A DNA stretch of 20,000 nucleotides, taken from Lentisphaeria bacterium. GTDB lineage: Bacteria > Verrucomicrobiota > Lentisphaeria > JABSQK01 > JAWLHB01. Below the pieces are notes generated by a model. It was not told the DNA's origin, made no database searches, and saw only the letters and a list, made by a program, of their open reading frames with translations. This document shows positions 1-9,333 of the stretch, one piece after another. Where the stretch lies: NCBI GenBank assembly GCA_041690595.1, contig JAWLHB010000046.1, forward strand, positions 49,200-69,199. The letters are read 5' to 3'. Position 1 is the stretch's first letter. Each line of letters begins with the position of its first letter. A program made the translations under genes and the position numbers.

Positions 1-291
1 AATGGGCTTCTGCCCCGTGAATCGGCCACCTCCTATGCCTATGTCGGAGCCGGGCTGAAGATCAGCAACACCACACTCCCAACAACCCCTATTGCCCTTC
101 TGAAGCCGGCCCTTGATGAGGGCGGTACCCTTGTCCTCTTCATGGATGGCCATGTCGAGCGTCGCCCGGATCGGGCCGATACCGTCGCCAGCACCATCGA
201 AGCCCTCCACCAGCACTTCAAGTGGCCGGACGCGGACTATCAGTTGCTCCTCGAAAACGCCCGCCAGATCGACGCCGCGGAAGCCCAATAG
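1..291 (+). CDS. 5'-truncated protein ending in a prepilin-associated 'H-X9-DG'-like C-terminal motif (pilin-like/DUF1559-like)
   Basis: Not in the ORF track because there is no start in the window. Frame 1 is open from base 1 to TAG 289-291: ...SYAYVGAGLKISNTTLPTTPIALLKPALDEGGTLVLFMDGHVERR..., matching the GG.N/T.LF.DGHV consensus. Asp sits where His is usual. Confidence 0.75.
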   Translation, partial: NGLLPRESATSYAYVGAGLKISNTTLPTTPIALLKPALDEGGTLVLFMDGHVERRPDRADTVASTIEALHQHFKWPDADYQLLLENARQIDAAEAQ

Positions 292-302
292 GAATTCTCC
301 TG

Positions 303-674
303 ATGAGCAGGACCACCCAGCCAATTTCGCATCATCGCTTCACGATGCTGGAATTGCTCTGGGCCATGATGGTCCTTGGCATCCTCACCACTGCCTTTGT
401 CGGTCAGTATAGCATGCTGCGCCAGATGCAGACCAGCTTCATCCAGGGGAACCGCTGCCTGATTGTCATGGACAACACGCTCGAGCGCCTCGCCCTCGAA
501 GAGTCCATAACCCAAGAGCGCGCCGACCAGCTCCTCGCCGATGAATTCGCCCTGGCGGAGATACCCGGCAAAGGCAATCTGCGCACCCGCTGCGAGTGGC
601 GCGACGAGCGCCTGGTACTCGCCATCGACAAGCCGAACGGCCACCCTGTTGTGCAGGTGCCCCTCTCACCATGA
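303..674 (+). CDS. Minor pseudopilin-like protein (GspI/PilV-like position), 123 aa
   Basis: ATG at 303 in the 222..674 frame gives MSRTTQPISHHR|FTMLELLWAMMVLGILTTAF: a type IV pilin N-terminus with Glu+5 and a hydrophobic helix. Confidence 0.75.
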   Translation: MSRTTQPISHHRFTMLELLWAMMVLGILTTAFVGQYSMLRQMQTSFIQGNRCLIVMDNTLERLALEESITQERADQLLADEFALAEIPGKGNLRTRCEWRDERLVLAIDKPNGHPVVQVPLSP

Positions 675-1117
675 CATGCCGACACTATACCCTGATCGAG
701 GCCATGGCGGTCTGCAGTGTGCTCCTTATCGTGCTGACCGGCGCAGGCAGGCTCATGTACGATGCCTCCTTGGCCAACCGTCAGTTCACCGACCATGCCT
801 GGTCCCACCAGCAGCTCTTTCTCCTCCAGCGGGACTGGCAGGAGTTCATCCGCGAGAGCGACCCCGCCGCCTGGTGGATCGTCGAAGATACCTTCCTCGC
901 GAAAGGCCGAAGCGCGGAGCTGACGGACGGCAAGCTTGCCTTCGAGCTTGCATCCAGAACCACGGTGCGCCGCGTGCCGCCCGGATGCGAGATCCAATTC
1001 GCCATCGAAGAGGGCCGAGTGGCAGTGCTCAACCTGGCGTGGCCGGCGAGACTGGGGAATCGCGATCAGGCTCAGCGGGTGCGGCTGGTCGCGGCAGCCA
1101 TCGAGGTGCAACCATGA
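671..1117 (+). CDS. Minor pseudopilin-like protein (GspJ/PilW-like position), 148 aa
   Basis: ATG at 671 overlaps the upstream stop (ATGA 671-674). MTCRH|YTLIEAMAVCSVLLIVL has Glu+5; the later 'LQRDWQ' resembles the l.rDl segment of GspJ/PilW-type pilins. Confidence 0.75.
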   Translation: MTCRHYTLIEAMAVCSVLLIVLTGAGRLMYDASLANRQFTDHAWSHQQLFLLQRDWQEFIRESDPAAWWIVEDTFLAKGRSAELTDGKLAFELASRTTVRRVPPGCEIQFAIEEGRVAVLNLAWPARLGNRDQAQRVRLVAAAIEVQP

Positions 1118-1314
1118 GCCGCGCATCATCATCCCGTGGCGTGGCCCTGCTCTTTGTCATCATCCTCTCCTCTGTCTTCTTTCTCCTCCTGGCCACCGCC
1201 GTCACCACCCACTACGCCATGCGCCGCCAGAACCAGTTGCAGCAGGAGCGGCTCCTGGAGAAAGTCGAACGCCTGGGGCTCAAAGCGGCTCGCGAACCGG
1301 AGGTTGTGCCATGA
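1114..1314 (+). CDS. Very short GspK/PilX-like pseudopilin, 66 aa
   Basis: ATGA overlaps at both ends (1114-1117, 1311-1314). MSRASSSRG|VALLFVIILSSVFFLLL has the G|VAL leader and no Glu+5, as in GspK/PilX. Confidence 0.7.
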   Translation: MSRASSSRGVALLFVIILSSVFFLLLATAVTTHYAMRRQNQLQQERLLEKVERLGLKAAREPEVVP

Positions 1315-2414
1315 CCTGGCGCCGGGAAATCCTGGAGCTGACCCGGACGCTGGCATGGGCAAGCCGCTACAACCTGCCATTGGGCGAAGCCGTTTCCGCG
1401 TATGCCTCCAATCGTCGCGATCTCCTCAGCTTGGACGCGGTTTACGGAGGCGGAGGGCTCTTGCGTCGCCTTGGCCGGGCCCGGCTGAATCTGGCGCTGC
1501 GCAGGCTGAGCAGGGATCTGCAGGCAGGAATCCCATTATGGCAGGCGCTGCACCACAGCCTGCGGCATTGGCTGCCGGATTATTATGTCCCGGTGATTCA
1601 GACAGCGGAAGAGGCCGATGCCCTGCCGGAGGTCCTGCATACGCTCCAGCTGCGTCTCGCCATGCGCGAACTCTCCCCCTTCACGCGCGGCGGCTATTCG
1701 ACCATGGTCTTCTACGGGGTGATCATGCTCACGATCATCTCCGGGTTGATTGTCATCATCGTACCCAAGCTCGCCATGATGTACCGCGAAATGGCAGCCG
1801 GCGAACCCCTGCCGCTCGTGAGCCGGCTGGTCTTCGAATCGGGTGGCCATGCCACCCTGCAACTGCTGCTGATGCTGGGCCTGCTGGTGGTACTCCTGCG
1901 CATGGTGGTGGCACTGGTGCGCGGAAGCCGCTTTCTGCGCTTCGCCGCGGAAGGTCCTCTGCTGCTGATACCCGGAGTCGGCCGCATGATTCGCCTGGCG
2001 CGACTCGAAGAGGTTGCGCAGGGGATGGCCTGCTTCCTCTCACTTGGCTACGATGTGCGTGAAGCCGCGGATTGGGTGCGGAACTCAGCGGGAAGTCCAT
2101 ACATCCGTCGCGGGCTCAAGCAGTTCAGCAGTCGCATCGAGCAGGGCGAGTGGTGGCCGGTAGCCTGGCGGAAGGCCCGGCTGGGCAATTCGCTGGACTG
2201 CTGGGTGGTCACCAACAGTGCCATGCGCGAGGATCCCGCCAGCGGCTTTGCCGACATGCAGGAGCTGGTTGCCAATCGCCAGTTGCTGACCGGCGCCCTC
2301 GTGCGTGAGCTTGTCCCCATCCTGATCACCCTGATGTACGCGATGGTCGCGGCCACCATGATCTTTGCCATTTTCATGCCCTTGTTCAAACTGATCTCAA
2401 TGGCGGCGGACTGA
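1311..2414 (+). CDS. Type II secretion system F family (GspF/PilC) inner-membrane platform protein, copy 1, 367 aa
   Basis: ATG 1311 with GGAGG at 1299-1303. Two GspF-like repeats (LPLGEAV...LQAGIPLWQAL...AEEADALPEVL; IEQGE...), TM 'IVPKLAMMYREM..GEPLPLVSRLV' and C-terminal 'AIFMPLFKLI'. Confidence 0.85.
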   Translation: MTWRREILELTRTLAWASRYNLPLGEAVSAYASNRRDLLSLDAVYGGGGLLRRLGRARLNLALRRLSRDLQAGIPLWQALHHSLRHWLPDYYVPVIQTAEEADALPEVLHTLQLRLAMRELSPFTRGGYSTMVFYGVIMLTIISGLIVIIVPKLAMMYREMAAGEPLPLVSRLVFESGGHATLQLLLMLGLLVVLLRMVVALVRGSRFLRFAAEGPLLLIPGVGRMIRLARLEEVAQGMACFLSLGYDVREAADWVRNSAGSPYIRRGLKQFSSRIEQGEWWPVAWRKARLGNSLDCWVVTNSAMREDPASGFADMQELVANRQLLTGALVRELVPILITLMYAMVAATMIFAIFMPLFKLISMAAD

Positions 2415-2419
2415 AGACG

Positions 2420-3460
2420 ATGAAATCACGGGAAACGATCCTCTTCTTCGATCAATTGAGCATGCTCGTGCGCACGGGGCTCCCCTTGCCCGAGGGCATT
2501 ATGGAACTGGCCCAAACCATGAAGCATCCAAGCTCGCGTTACGCGTTGAACCGGTTGGGGGCGGAGATGGCGGGTGGAACCTCCCTGACCGAGGCACTGA
2601 AGCACCAGCCTGCCCATTTCTCCCCCATGCAGACGGATCTGATCGCCGTCGGCGAACAGACCGGCATGCTCACCGAAGTTCTGCACGAGCTGGCGCGCCA
2701 TGGGCGGCAGGAACTGGCGCTCCTCGAGTCACTGCGCAGAGACCTGATCTATCCCTTCGTCACCCTCTACCTGGGATGGCTCATCTTCAGCGGCCTCCTG
2801 ATCTTCGTCCTGCCTGATTTCGCGCGCATGTTCGACGAGATGTTGGCGGGGGAGCCGCTGCCACCCTTAACGAATCTGGTCATCGCGATCATGCATCTGG
2901 CGCGGACTCTCTTACCTCTCGTCCTGTTCAGCTATCTCGCGCTTCCCCTGCTTGGCATCTGGCTGATCTCCGGCCGCCTTCAGGCCGACAGGGCGATGAT
3001 AAAGCTGATTCGTCTCGTGCCCGGCTTCCATCACCTTCTGGTCCTGAACGATCTCGCCCGCTTCTCCGGTCTGCTCGGCGTCTACCTGCGCTATCGAACG
3101 ACCCTCGAATCCGCCCTTCGGCAGATCTCGCGCATCCTCCAGACCCGCCACTTAGGCATCCGTGTGGAGCGCTGGCACAAGCAGGTCAATGCCGGGACAA
3201 CCTTTGCCCAAGCCGTCTCCCGGGAGCGCTCGCTCGATCCGATGCTCGCGCTGATCATTCGCCACTCGCCCGAGGAGGAGTTGCCCGATGCCCTCACCGA
3301 TCTTTCCGGCGTCTATGCGCAACAGGCCGATGTGTACCGCCAGAGCTTCAGCAGTGGATTGTGTATCTTGTTGATGCTCTTCACTGGCCTGGTCGTCGGC
3401 TTGATGGTGCTTGCCATGTTCATGCCCCTCATCAAGCTGATCGACACCCTCGTCGACTGA
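2420..3460 (+). CDS. Type II secretion system F family (GspF/PilC) inner-membrane platform protein, copy 2, 346 aa
   Basis: FFDQLSMLVRTGLPLPEGI, GGTSLTEAL, LIAVGEQTGML, LIYP, VLPDFARMF..GEPLPPLT and C-terminal AMFMPLIKL are typical PilC/GspF motifs. Confidence 0.92.
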   Translation: MKSRETILFFDQLSMLVRTGLPLPEGIMELAQTMKHPSSRYALNRLGAEMAGGTSLTEALKHQPAHFSPMQTDLIAVGEQTGMLTEVLHELARHGRQELALLESLRRDLIYPFVTLYLGWLIFSGLLIFVLPDFARMFDEMLAGEPLPPLTNLVIAIMHLARTLLPLVLFSYLALPLLGIWLISGRLQADRAMIKLIRLVPGFHHLLVLNDLARFSGLLGVYLRYRTTLESALRQISRILQTRHLGIRVERWHKQVNAGTTFAQAVSRERSLDPMLALIIRHSPEEELPDALTDLSGVYAQQADVYRQSFSSGLCILLMLFTGLVVGLMVLAMFMPLIKLIDTLVD

Positions 3461-3601
3461 TCGGCTGCCGCCGTGATGCGCCTGCTCAGCCGGCGGAGCA
3501 ATCCGCGCACATCCGCTCGACAAAGTGGCTCGCATCGGCCATGGTAACGGGCGTGTCGATGCATGGGCAGAAGCTTGTGAACAACGAATGGGAAGGAAGC
3601 G

Positions 3602-5077
3602 ATGATCAGCAACTACAAGGTGCGGTACGAAGGACGCCGGTGGGAGATTCTCCATGGCGAGTACGCGGGCATCGAAGCCTTTGCCCTCGATGAACTGCAG
3701 CGCGAAGTGCAGCGACATCTGCCCTATGTCGTGGCCACGCGTCCCGCCAACGGGGCGGACGAGACGACCCATCGCATCATCATCGGCACCCCAGAGTCCA
3801 ACCCGCTGATTGCCCGACTTGTCGACGCCGGCGGGATCGCCATTCCCGAGGCGGCCGAAGGCTATGCCCTGCGGGCGGGACTCGACGAAGTGGGAACCGA
3901 ACGACGCCATCTGGTACTCGCCGGTCGCGACCCCAAGGGCGTGCTCAACGCGGTGATGGAATGGTGCAGCCGCTACAATCGCCTGACCCATCCCATCTTC
4001 GACCGCCCGCACGATCGGCGCCAGGCTTTCGATGCCATGCCCGAGATGCAGCTCCAGGAAGCGCCCGCCATTGCCCGCCGCGGCATCTGGACCTGGGGCT
4101 ACGTCATCTACGACTATCGCGCCTTTCTCGACGCCATGGCCCGCCTCCGCTTCAATGCCCTGACCATCTGGAACGACTGCCCGCCGATCAACTTCGCGAC
4201 CGTCATCGACGCGGCGCATGCCCGCGGCATCGAGGTGATCGCCGGCTTTCACTGGGGGTGGGGAATGACCGGCCTCGATCTCACTCGTCAAGCCGACCGC
4301 GACGCTATCCGCCGCGACGTCGTCGACCGGTATCTCCGCGACTATCGCCACGCCGATCTCGACGGCATCTACTTTCAGACGCTGACCGAGCACGATACGC
4401 AGATCATGAACGATGGCCGCAGCACGGCCGCCGTCTGCACGGAGCTGGTGAACGAGATCGCCACCGAACTCCTCGCGCTCGATCCCGGGCTGCGCATCGA
4501 GTGGGGCCTCCACGCCACCAGCATCACGCAGCATCTCGATGACCTGCGAGCACTGCGCGACGAGGTCATCATCACCTGGGAAGACGCCGGCGCCCTTCCA
4601 TGGAGCTACGACCCAATCCTCGATCAACCCGCGCCCCCCGCCAAAGCGGGCAGCACCGTCGCCGAAACGCTCGCTCTCTCCCAACAGCTCATGCGCCTGC
4701 GCCCAGGAAGCGAGTTTGCCATGGTCCCGAAGGGCTGGACGTGCCTCTCCTGGGGCACTGAATTCGAAAATCACGGCCCCTTCATCCTCGGTGAACGCGA
4801 TCGCGAGTGGATTGCCCATCGCGCCGCCGAGCGCCGAACCCGCTGGGGATGGGTCGATCGCGCCTGGCTCCGCGATTTCAGCCAGGCCCTTGAGTTCTAC
4901 CGCGCGCTTCTGGCCGAGAAGCCGACCGTCGCCACCGTCACCGCCCTGATCGAAGACGGCGTCATCGAGGCCGGCGTGCCCGTCAGCGTTCGCCTGCTGG
5001 CCGAAAGCCTGTGGAATCCGCGGCGTCCCGACGCCGAGATCCTCAACGCCGCCATGAGCCCATGGTGGGACCGTTAA
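3602..5077 (+). CDS. Uncharacterised glycoside hydrolase-like protein (GH20/GH67-type N-terminal domain plus probable TIM barrel), no signal peptide
   Basis: IIIGTPESNPLI...EGYALR...LVLAGRDPKGVL...EAPAIARRGIW is the N-terminal-domain/linker pattern of GH20/67-like enzymes. It is followed by FLDAMARLRFNALTIW and VIDAAHARGIEVIAG. Purine-rich RBS (ggaagga) upstream. Confidence 0.7.
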   Translation: MISNYKVRYEGRRWEILHGEYAGIEAFALDELQREVQRHLPYVVATRPANGADETTHRIIIGTPESNPLIARLVDAGGIAIPEAAEGYALRAGLDEVGTERRHLVLAGRDPKGVLNAVMEWCSRYNRLTHPIFDRPHDRRQAFDAMPEMQLQEAPAIARRGIWTWGYVIYDYRAFLDAMARLRFNALTIWNDCPPINFATVIDAAHARGIEVIAGFHWGWGMTGLDLTRQADRDAIRRDVVDRYLRDYRHADLDGIYFQTLTEHDTQIMNDGRSTAAVCTELVNEIATELLALDPGLRIEWGLHATSITQHLDDLRALRDEVIITWEDAGALPWSYDPILDQPAPPAKAGSTVAETLALSQQLMRLRPGSEFAMVPKGWTCLSWGTEFENHGPFILGERDREWIAHRAAERRTRWGWVDRAWLRDFSQALEFYRALLAEKPTVATVTALIEDGVIEAGVPVSVRLLAESLWNPRRPDAEILNAAMSPWWDR

Positions 5078-5106
5078 CCTCCGCGCTTGGGAAGTTTCCC
5101 CTGCGC

Positions 5107-5135
5107 TTGATCCTTACCACGTGATAGTCTATATG
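5107..5135 (+). promoter_or_regulatory. Candidate sigma70-type promoter for the 5184-12432 unit
   Basis: AT-rich intergenic island with TTGATC-17 bp-TATATG; an overlapping extended -10-like TGaTAGTCT lies at 5122-5130. Confidence 0.35.
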
Positions 5136-5183
5136 TAGCTACGGCATGAATCATACTGATACAGCAAGCAAGGAAGATCGCCA

Positions 5184-8100
5184 ATGATGACGCGACGCCC
5201 CTCCCTTTTCGTCCACCTCTTCTCCCTGCTCCTTCTCCTCGGGCTGTCCCGCGCTCAAGAGCCGACGGTGCCACCGGAGGCGGAAGCAGTCGCCAACGCG
5301 GCGAAGGTCGTCCTGCAGCCCTCACCGTCCGAGTGGGAATACGCGAGCAGTCGCCAAGGCGTACCGCTTCTCGTGGAACGCGAGATCGATGGTCTGCCCG
5401 CCCTCTCCGCCCGTCGCAATTCCACCGCCTTGGTCAGCACCGGCAGCCATGGACCGGGCGAGGAACTCACTGTCCGCTTCTACATTCGTCCGCCGGCGAA
5501 ACAGCACACCTACTTCACGCTCAGCACGGGCCTCGAAAGCCCCGACGCCAAGGATCGCCTCAAGTTCGGTCTCTCCGCCCGGAATGGCGAAAGCCGGATC
5601 AGCATGTCCCTGACCCTTCCGGAGATGCCGCCCAAGCGCTGGACCTACAGCCTCGACGGTATCGGGCAGCGCAAGCTGGCCTGGAAGGACGAGTTCCGCC
5701 GCCGCATCGAAGCCTATCAGGCCGACCTGCCCGATGTCGAAGCTACCCACTGGACACTGCGCGTGCAAGTGGGGGCCGACCGCCTTCGCGTTTATCTCAA
5801 TGACCGCCTGATTGGCGATGAAACCGTCGCTGCCGAGTTTCTGACCGGCCACGTCCGTGTCGCGATCAGTGAAGCGTTCGCCCTGACCCGGCTCGAGGCC
5901 CAGCCCCTTCCCGAGGCTATCCCCGGCTTCGAGCTTCTGCCCCTCGGCAACGATGTGAATGCCGCCGAGATTCTCGGTACCCGCCTCGCCCCGACCGCGC
6001 TGGATGGCCCTGAGAAGCAGCTCACCGTGGACGGCATCCCCTTCCTGCGACCCGCCCCTAGCGCAAAGGGGCATGACCATATCGATCTCGGCGCAAGCTG
6101 GCTTCCCGCCGGCCAGCTGACGGGCAGCATGTCGTCACGAACCGCCGACATCACGGGCCGCTGGGCCGGCGCCATGTTCGAGATCCCCATGCGTATCCAG
6201 CTCAAGATCCCGGCCGGCCGCTATCGCGCCATCCACCTCCTCGCCGCAGCTGACGGCGAGGCGAACAGCGTTCCCCTGGTGACCGCTCAATTCTACCGTG
6301 CCCAGCGCGGCTTCCCCAAGAGCTTCGCCACCGTTGAACCCGTGCCGGAGTTCCTCTCGGGCACAGGCGAGGGGCTGACCGTGCCGACGGCAGACGGGCG
6401 CCTGGGCAAACTCTACCGGATCACGATCCCGGTCGATCCAGGCGAGCTGGATGCCTTCGACGGCATGGGGGACATGGAACTCGAACTGACCAAGGAGATC
6501 AAGCTCTTTCGCGCCTATCCCGATCCTGTCTACTACAGCTATCATGGCGCCGGACTCCCCAGCAGCGTGCGCCTCTTTGCCGTGACGCTCGAACGGCCGC
6601 GGGTCGAACTGAAGCTTACCCCCGGCGAATTTGCCGACTCCTTCGTCGCCCCCTTGAAGCCCGTCTACCAAGTCGACTTGCGCAACACCACCGGCCAGCC
6701 GCGCGACGTCACCCTCACGGTGACCACCGCCAGTTACTACGCCCGTCAGCCTACCGAACAGACAGAGCGGGTCCAGCTCCCGCCGAATGGCTCCACGACC
6801 ATCACCATCAACCTCGATCCCCCAACTTATGGCTATCATGACGTCGCCTTTACGCTGCAGGACGAAGATCAGCAGTGGAACGAGCAGCGCGGCCTGGTCT
6901 GGCTGCGCGAGGACAGCCGCGAGCGTGGCGACTGGGAGCACGGTCGCGGCCCAATCTTCGGTTTTTGGAACTGGAACGGCGGACATGAGACGCCACCCGG
7001 CGCCGAGCAGGTCGCCTTCATGGGCAAAGCCGGCGCTGAAACCAGCAGCGGCTCCTTTGAGGGCAAGAATATCCCCGACGAGACGCGCGAAGCCGCCCGC
7101 AAGTACAAGATGGCGACCTTCAAGGCTTTCGGTGCCGGCGATCACTACATCACCAGTGACTTTGCCAAGAACCTGCAGAAGGACGGCCTCGAATCCGCCA
7201 CCGAGGCTTTCCTGAAACGCCTTGGCGAGCAGGCCGTGCCCGCCAACGACGTGAGCCGTCCCGTGCTCTGTTCCTTCTTCCCGGAACCGCACATCGGACC
7301 CATTTCGTATGCCATTCCGCCGGAATACTACAACGAGGAGCCATGGGAACTGACCGCCGCCGAAGAAGAGAAGTATCAATTCTTCCTGAATGGCCTGGTC
7401 GAGGGGGCGAAGATCCTGAAGGCGCACTATCCTCAGGTCAAGGCGATGTTCCCGCATGGTGACCCACTCTTCCCGCTCATCTTCGTCCAGCGCAGCGCCG
7501 AAGCGCGCGAAGTCTTCGATGGCATCGCCGTCGATATCCCGGTTTTCGAACGTCTGCCGGAACAGCAGATGCACCAGGTCTCGCTGCATCGCATGTACAT
7601 CAGTCGGCTGGGATTGGATAAGGCAGGCGTCACCAATCCGATTCTCGCCATGTATGAAGGGCCCAGCCGCTCCGCCTACTATGGGGCCCTCTCCGATCGC
7701 GAACTGGCGGACTACTCCGTCCGCGATTCGCTGCTCCTCTATGTCTACGGCGTCGATATCCAGACCGGCGGCTGGGCACCTTTCGAATCCGCCAGTTACT
7801 GGGGCGAGCAGCACTATGGCGGCGGCATCGCCCATCGCCGTCCCCGCGCCACCCCGCGACCCGCCTATGCCGCCTTCGCCTCCATGACGCGCCACCTCAA
7901 CCGCCGCAATTTCACTCGCTGGCTGCCGACCGGCTCTCTCTCACTCTTCGCGCTCGAGTTCAGCCACTACCTCAGCGGCGAGAAGATGCACACCTTCTGG
8001 ACGCTGCGGGGCGAACGCCCGGTGCAGCTTGCCGTGCCGGCCAACGCCAACCTGCGCGCCTTCGATCTCATGGATAACGAGATCCCCCTGAACGTAGCCA

Positions 8101-9278
8101 ATGGCACCGTCACCCTGCCGGTGACCACCTCGCCCTGCTGGGTCTACGGCCTGACCGGCGACGAGGCGATCACCCTTGGCGAGCCGCTCCACAACGATGC
8201 CACCCCGAGCGATACGGCCTCCAAGGTGGCCAGTCTCGGTGATGGCACCTGGCAGCAAAACACAGAACGCGACCAGGATTACGAACAGAGCCACGAACTC
8301 TTTGTCCGCCGCTATCCCGGCAGCTTCACCAGCGCCATAACCCGTGCGCCCCAGCAGGTCGGCGGCGAAGCAATGGCCGTTAACATGGCCCCGGAGCAAT
8401 CCCCCGCGCAGAAGCTCATGCCTTACTACACCTCCTTCGTCCCCCCGCAACCTGTGGAGCTACCCGGCAAGGGCAGTCATCTCGGCATGTGGGTCCGCGG
8501 CACAAGCGACTTCGGCCGTGTCGTCTATGCCCTGCGCGACAGCAAGGGCGAGCGCTGGTTGAGCGTCGGCACCAAGGGTGCGTGGAACTGCGACGACATC
8601 CACAACTGGAGCGTCTTCTGCTATGACGGGTGGCGCTATCTTCGCTTCGAGCTTCCCGCCAGCAGCGCCTGGGACTCCTTCCGCGAAGCCGGCACCGTCT
8701 GGTGGGGAAGCTACGGCGAAGGCGACGGGATTGTCGATCTGCCGCTGCGACTCGAGAAGATCATCGTCGAGCGGCGCACCCACGCCATGTACGTCAACGA
8801 TCCTCAGCCCGCGAACCTGGAGTCCGTGCTCCTTGGCGATCTCTTCATCGAGTATGCCCGCACCGAGGACGCGCTGCCTGACGTCGTCGAACAATCGCAA
8901 CTCCGCATGCCCGCGCCCGAAGGCATTCCCGACCTGGACAATCCCATCGCCGAGCTGCGTGAAACCGGCCGTGAACCGGCGTTGGAGATCACCCGGATCT
9001 CGGTGCCCGATCAACAGGCCGACGGTACCCAGTGCTTTGTCCACTTCACGACCATCGCGGAAGCCGAATCCTACGATGTCTGGGCAAGCCCCTACGAGGA
9101 TGGACGCGGTGCTCTCGCCCTCGGCAAGAAGTGGACGGAGGACGGCAAGCTCATTCGCGGTCTGCGCCCCGAGACCGACTTCTATCTCTTTGTCGTCTAC
9201 CGCGACAAGGAAGGCAACACCTCCAAGCCCTCGGCTCCCTTTCATATCAAGCTGAAAGACCAGTTCGCCATGAAGTGA
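5184..9278 (+). CDS. Large secreted multidomain protein, putative carbohydrate-active enzyme (clan GH-A/GH39-like barrel, beta-sandwich/CBM-like modules, C-terminal FN3-like domain), 1364 aa
   Basis: Sec signal (…[11 protein letters not shown]); Ig-like segment VDLRNTTG...[15 protein letters not shown] and [25 protein letters not shown]11-like LGMWVRG...LRDSKGERW...[13 protein letters not shown]3-like [12 protein letters not shown]...GNTSKPS. Confidence 0.7.
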   Translation: MMTRRPSLFVHLFSLLLLLGLSRAQEPTVPPEAEAVANAAKVVLQPSPSEWEYASSRQGVPLLVEREIDGLPALSARRNSTALVSTGSHGPGEELTVRFYIRPPAKQHTYFTLSTGLESPDAKDRLKFGLSARNGESRISMSLTLPEMPPKRWTYSLDGIGQRKLAWKDEFRRRIEAYQADLPDVEATHWTLRVQVGADRLRVYLNDRLIGDETVAAEFLTGHVRVAISEAFALTRLEAQPLPEAIPGFELLPLGNDVNAAEILGTRLAPTALDGPEKQLTVDGIPFLRPAPSAKGHDHIDLGASWLPAGQLTGSMSSRTADITGRWAGAMFEIPMRIQLKIPAGRYRAIHLLAAADGEANSVPLVTAQFYRAQRGFPKSFATVEPVPEFLSGTGEGLTVPTADGRLGKLYRITIPVDPGELDAFDGMGDMELELTKEIKLFRAYPDPVYYSYHGAGLPSSVRLFAVTLERPRVELKLTPGEFADSFVAPLKPVYQVDLRNTTGQPRDVTLTVTTASYYARQPTEQTERVQLPPNGSTTITINLDPPTYGYHDVAFTLQDEDQQWNEQRGLVWLREDSRERGDWEHGRGPIFGFWNWNGGHETPPGAEQVAFMGKAGAETSSGSFEGKNIPDETREAARKYKMATFKAFGAGDHYITSDFAKNLQKDGLESATEAFLKRLGEQAVPANDVSRPVLCSFFPEPHIGPISYAIPPEYYNEEPWELTAAEEEKYQFFLNGLVEGAKILKAHYPQVKAMFPHGDPLFPLIFVQRSAEAREVFDGIAVDIPVFERLPEQQMHQVSLHRMYISRLGLDKAGVTNPILAMYEGPSRSAYYGALSDRELADYSVRDSLLLYVYGVDIQTGGWAPFESASYWGEQHYGGGIAHRRPRATPRPAYAAFASMTRHLNRRNFTRWLPTGSLSLFALEFSHYLSGEKMHTFWTLRGERPVQLAVPANANLRAFDLMDNEIPLNVANGTVTLPVTTSPCWVYGLTGDEAITLGEPLHNDATPSDTASKVASLGDGTWQQNTERDQDYEQSHELFVRRYPGSFTSAITRAPQQVGGEAMAVNMAPEQSPAQKLMPYYTSFVPPQPVELPGKGSHLGMWVRGTSDFGRVVYALRDSKGERWLSVGTKGAWNCDDIHNWSVFCYDGWRYLRFELPASSAWDSFREAGTVWWGSYGEGDGIVDLPLRLEKIIVERRTHAMYVNDPQPANLESVLLGDLFIEYARTEDALPDVVEQSQLRMPAPEGIPDLDNPIAELRETGREPALEITRISVPDQQADGTQCFVHFTTIAEAESYDVWASPYEDGRGALALGKKWTEDGKLIRGLRPETDFYLFVVYRDKEGNTSKPSAPFHIKLKDQFAMK

Positions 9279-9333
9279 CGATCGGTCCAACTTCCGGACG
9301 GAGACGCCGCCCGGTCTACCGGAGAAGCTCGAC

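Noticed and set aside
222..1310. Extended starts in the ORF track (222, 541, 596, 936)
   Set aside because: True starts are better placed at 303, 671, 1114 and 1311 by pilin leaders, ATGA overlaps and RBS.
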